A DNA stretch of 64,000 bases, taken from Candidatus Staskawiczbacteria bacterium (GTDB taxonomy: Bacteria > Patescibacteriota > Minisyncoccia > Minisyncoccales > Staskawiczbacteraceae). The notes beneath the pieces were generated by a model. It did not search any database and had not been told where the DNA came from. It worked only from the letters and a program-made list of their open reading frames with translations. Each line of letters starts with the position of its first letter. Position 1 is the first letter of the stretch. The stretch lies in contig CAIMWV010000015.1 in the NCBI GenBank assembly GCA_903845295.1, forward strand, positions 6,354 through 70,353, read 5' to 3'. Made by a program: the position numbers and the translations under genes. Positions 62,020 to 64,000 of this stretch are shown here, piece after piece.

Positions 62020-63207
62020 ATGATAAAAAAAACAAAATATAAACATTTTTTATTTAATTGTTCCAAAATTACAAGAAGTGGGGCGACTGTTTGTTTTTTA
62101 GCCTTTTTTGTTATTTTACTTTTTAGGGTCAGCGGTTTTGCACACGCTCTAGAAGTAACATATCCCAACCTTACTGGTTTTGGTTTGCCGCCTTTAAATG
62201 CTAATTCCAGTATAGTTGATTATGTCAAATATTTTTTTGGTGCGGGCGTTTATGTGGCTGGAATTTTAGCTCTTATATCTTTTGCCATAGGCGCCATCGG
62301 ACTGATAAATCCCAGTCCCGAATCTCATAATGAATCAAAAGAAAGGATGAAGGGCGCTGTTTTAGGACTAGTGTTAACGGTTGCTGCTTTTATAATTATG
62401 AGAACAATCAATCCCACGCTCGTCTCGCCCACTTTAACTGGGCTGACGCCAGTTACGCTACCGACGGCAACTAAATCGCCCGGTATTTACTATGACTCAG
62501 ATAGTGGTTGCGGTGCGGGCGGGTCTGAGGTGGGGCCAGATACTGTTCAACAAAATGATTTATCAAATGTTAACCTTCCTGGTAGGGTTATAAATGCTAT
62601 TAGGATTATTAATGACCCGGAAAATAATATTTATTATGGTGTTATTCTTCATGATAGTTATGGACTTGATAAAGGGGGAGCTTGCATCAGACCAATAATA
62701 AAGTCTGACCCGTGCCGGCAACCCAAAGGCTGCTGTGTCCGTGTTGATTCAAGCCCGAATTCAATTGATATTTTTAAAGTAAATAAAAACCCCTCAACCT
62801 CTGGAAATGGCGTAACTTTTTATAGTGAGACATTTGGTAACGCTGGAAGGGGTGGCAAATTCGTAGTGACAAATGAAAAAATACCTTCCAATTATCTGTT
62901 TATTGCGAAGACTGATATGAAATTTGATTATGCGGGCAGCTCAGCAGACCAACCATATAGAGACGCTTATGTTACCTTCGCAGACAGGCCGGGAAGTATG
63001 ATATCAAGCAGCAGTAACTATTTAGTCGCCCTCTATGCCAACGTAAATATGGCGATACATACGGATACCGGGGGCGCTATAGTTCCGAGCCTATTTCCAT
63101 ACTGCCAGACATTTAATGGAGGAACTGTTGAAGAATTAGCTGCACAACCGATTATACTTGAAAATAAAACAATAGATGCTGTTTATATAATTCCCATGAA
63201 ACCATAA
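62020..63207 (+). CDS. Pilin-like N-terminal module fused to a secreted domain (paralog 2)
   Basis: 395 aa. The ALEVTYP motif and helix pair are as in 58325..61996. The C-domain is paralogous to the next gene. Confidence 0.65.
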   Translation: MIKKTKYKHFLFNCSKITRSGATVCFLAFFVILLFRVSGFAHALEVTYPNLTGFGLPPLNANSSIVDYVKYFFGAGVYVAGILALISFAIGAIGLINPSPESHNESKERMKGAVLGLVLTVAAFIIMRTINPTLVSPTLTGLTPVTLPTATKSPGIYYDSDSGCGAGGSEVGPDTVQQNDLSNVNLPGRVINAIRIINDPENNIYYGVILHDSYGLDKGGACIRPIIKSDPCRQPKGCCVRVDSSPNSIDIFKVNKNPSTSGNGVTFYSETFGNAGRGGKFVVTNEKIPSNYLFIAKTDMKFDYAGSSADQPYRDAYVTFADRPGSMISSSSNYLVALYANVNMAIHTDTGGAIVPSLFPYCQTFNGGTVEELAAQPIILENKTIDAVYIIPMKP

Positions 63208-63225
63208 AATCACAATATAAATTTG

Positions 63226-64000
63226 ATGATAAAAAACTTTACCCTGACACAAAAAATTTATGCTGGATTTTTTTTAGTTTTCTTTTTATCCACTGGTTTT
63301 TTTTATTTATCAATAAATAAAGCTTCTGCTTTGGAGGTACAATATCCTGTGCTATCGGGCATAAATTTAAACACTGAGGCAAATCTTACGCTACCCAAAT
63401 ATGTATTATATCTGTTTAATGCTGGGATGTTCCTTGGTTTCTTTTCCGTTTTTATCTCTATAACTATTGCAGGGGCAATGTATTTTTTATCTCCTGTGAG
63501 CGCTGAATTACGGGCTGATGCCAAAGACAGGTTTTTTGGAGCGATGTCGGGGCTGCTTATTTTGGTGCTGACATATTTGATTATAACCACCATAAATCCC
63601 CAGCTTAGCATTTTTAACCCTAATAAACTGCCATCGGCGCCGCCACCGCCAGCAGCAAAAAAAGCTCCTGGTGTTTATTTTTATCAATCTGACTGTTCTG
63701 ACAATAGCATCCAGCCTAATACGTCGAACGTCCCGGACTTTGGCGCGCTCAAAAATAAAATAAATTCGGCGAATATTGTGCAAGATGCAGACAATGGAAT
63801 TTCTTATATATCAATGCTATACAGCAACACTAACCTTTGGGGGCAATGCCAAGAGGTTGACCCGACAATAACAGGCTGCCAGTCTTTAGGTTCTTTCGCA
63901 TCAAAATCTTCCTCGGCTTCTATTTATCAATATGATTTCCATCCTGAAAATAATAATCCTTCCGATGGTGGAGTATATTTTTTCCGCAAATCTTGTTTCA
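63226..64000 (+). CDS. Pilin-like N-terminal module fused to a secreted domain (paralog 3; 3' end outside window)
   Basis: Not in the ORF track because no stop is reached. My manual translation from ATG 63226 is open to the window end: MIKNFTLTQKIYAGFFLVFFLSTGFFYLSINKASALEVQYPVLSG...TINPQLSIFNPNKLPSAPPPPAAKKAPGVYFYQSDC... Confidence 0.65.
   Translation, partial: MIKNFTLTQKIYAGFFLVFFLSTGFFYLSINKASALEVQYPVLSGINLNTEANLTLPKYVLYLFNAGMFLGFFSVFISITIAGAMYFLSPVSAELRADAKDRFFGAMSGLLILVLTYLIITTINPQLSIFNPNKLPSAPPPPAAKKAPGVYFYQSDCSDNSIQPNTSNVPDFGALKNKINSANIVQDADNGISYISMLYSNTNLWGQCQEVDPTITGCQSLGSFASKSSSASIYQYDFHPENNNPSDGGVYFFRKSCF

Noticed and set aside
1-64000. Alternative genetic code (TGA, TAG or TAA reassignment), considered because of the two in-frame stops and the CPR affinity
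   Set aside because: All long housekeeping ORFs are intact under the standard bacterial code, and all three stop codons terminate well-supported genes here. Examples: TAA for ftsH and rplS; TAG for the NUDIX gene and the 134-aa cassette gene; TGA for the small cassette ORFs. The two in-frame stops are better explained locally.

Overview
AT-rich bacterial chromosome segment. Hand counts of sampled 60-nt lines give about 28-42% G+C. Gene content and style fit a Candidate Phyla Radiation / Patescibacteria (Parcubacteria-like) genome. It carries compact housekeeping genes: ftsH, an RluA-family synthase, rplS, rbfA-infB, dus, htrA-like, rny, clpP, tig, hppA, nusA, a CCA-adding enzyme, rpsO-pnp, comM/yifB and rsmA. 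There are 18 intact tRNA genes plus one interrupted tRNA, and many small membrane or secreted hypothetical proteins. From about 49.3 kb to the window end lies a type IV secretion / conjugation-like locus: VirB6/TrbL-like, PrgI/VirB3-like, VirB4 ATPase, and three tandem pilin-like paralogs, one of them a 1223-aa cysteine-rich giant. Native genes essentially lack Shine-Dalgarno sequences and often have a -10 box only 5-11 nt from the start codon, so they look leaderless. Observations worth a second look: (1) Three discrete G+C-rich minus-strand cassettes (about 62-68% G+C in the two lines sampled from the first cassette; the other two judged G+C-rich by eye), at about 0.3-1.6 kb, 28.35-29.9 kb and 53.6-55.0 kb. 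Each has a TTGACA-type promoter (with terminator hairpins evident for cassettes 1 and 3 only), and every gene in them has a strong GGAGG ribosome-binding site, unlike the host genes. Their products are unassignable apart from an SPFH/band-7-like protein that sits inside the secretion locus. (2) A roughly 100-nt two-hairpin leader RNA motif with compensatory base changes ends 1 nt before the start codons of rplS, rny, nusA and the first gene of the VirB4 operon. (3) tRNA oddities: a complete tRNA-Val nested inside the anticodon region of another tRNA; 19-23 bp direct repeats of tRNA 3' ends bracketing small inserts, one of which still carries a GIY-YIG pseudogene; and rearranged tRNA fragments. 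(4) A roughly 20-nt G+C-rich element (CCCTTCGRC..GCTCAGGGC) occurs in frame inside four different genes in different frames and orientations, and also in intergenic DNA. No rRNA, CRISPR array, transposase or integrase gene was recognised. All calls come from reading the sequence and ORF track only; no database search was possible.
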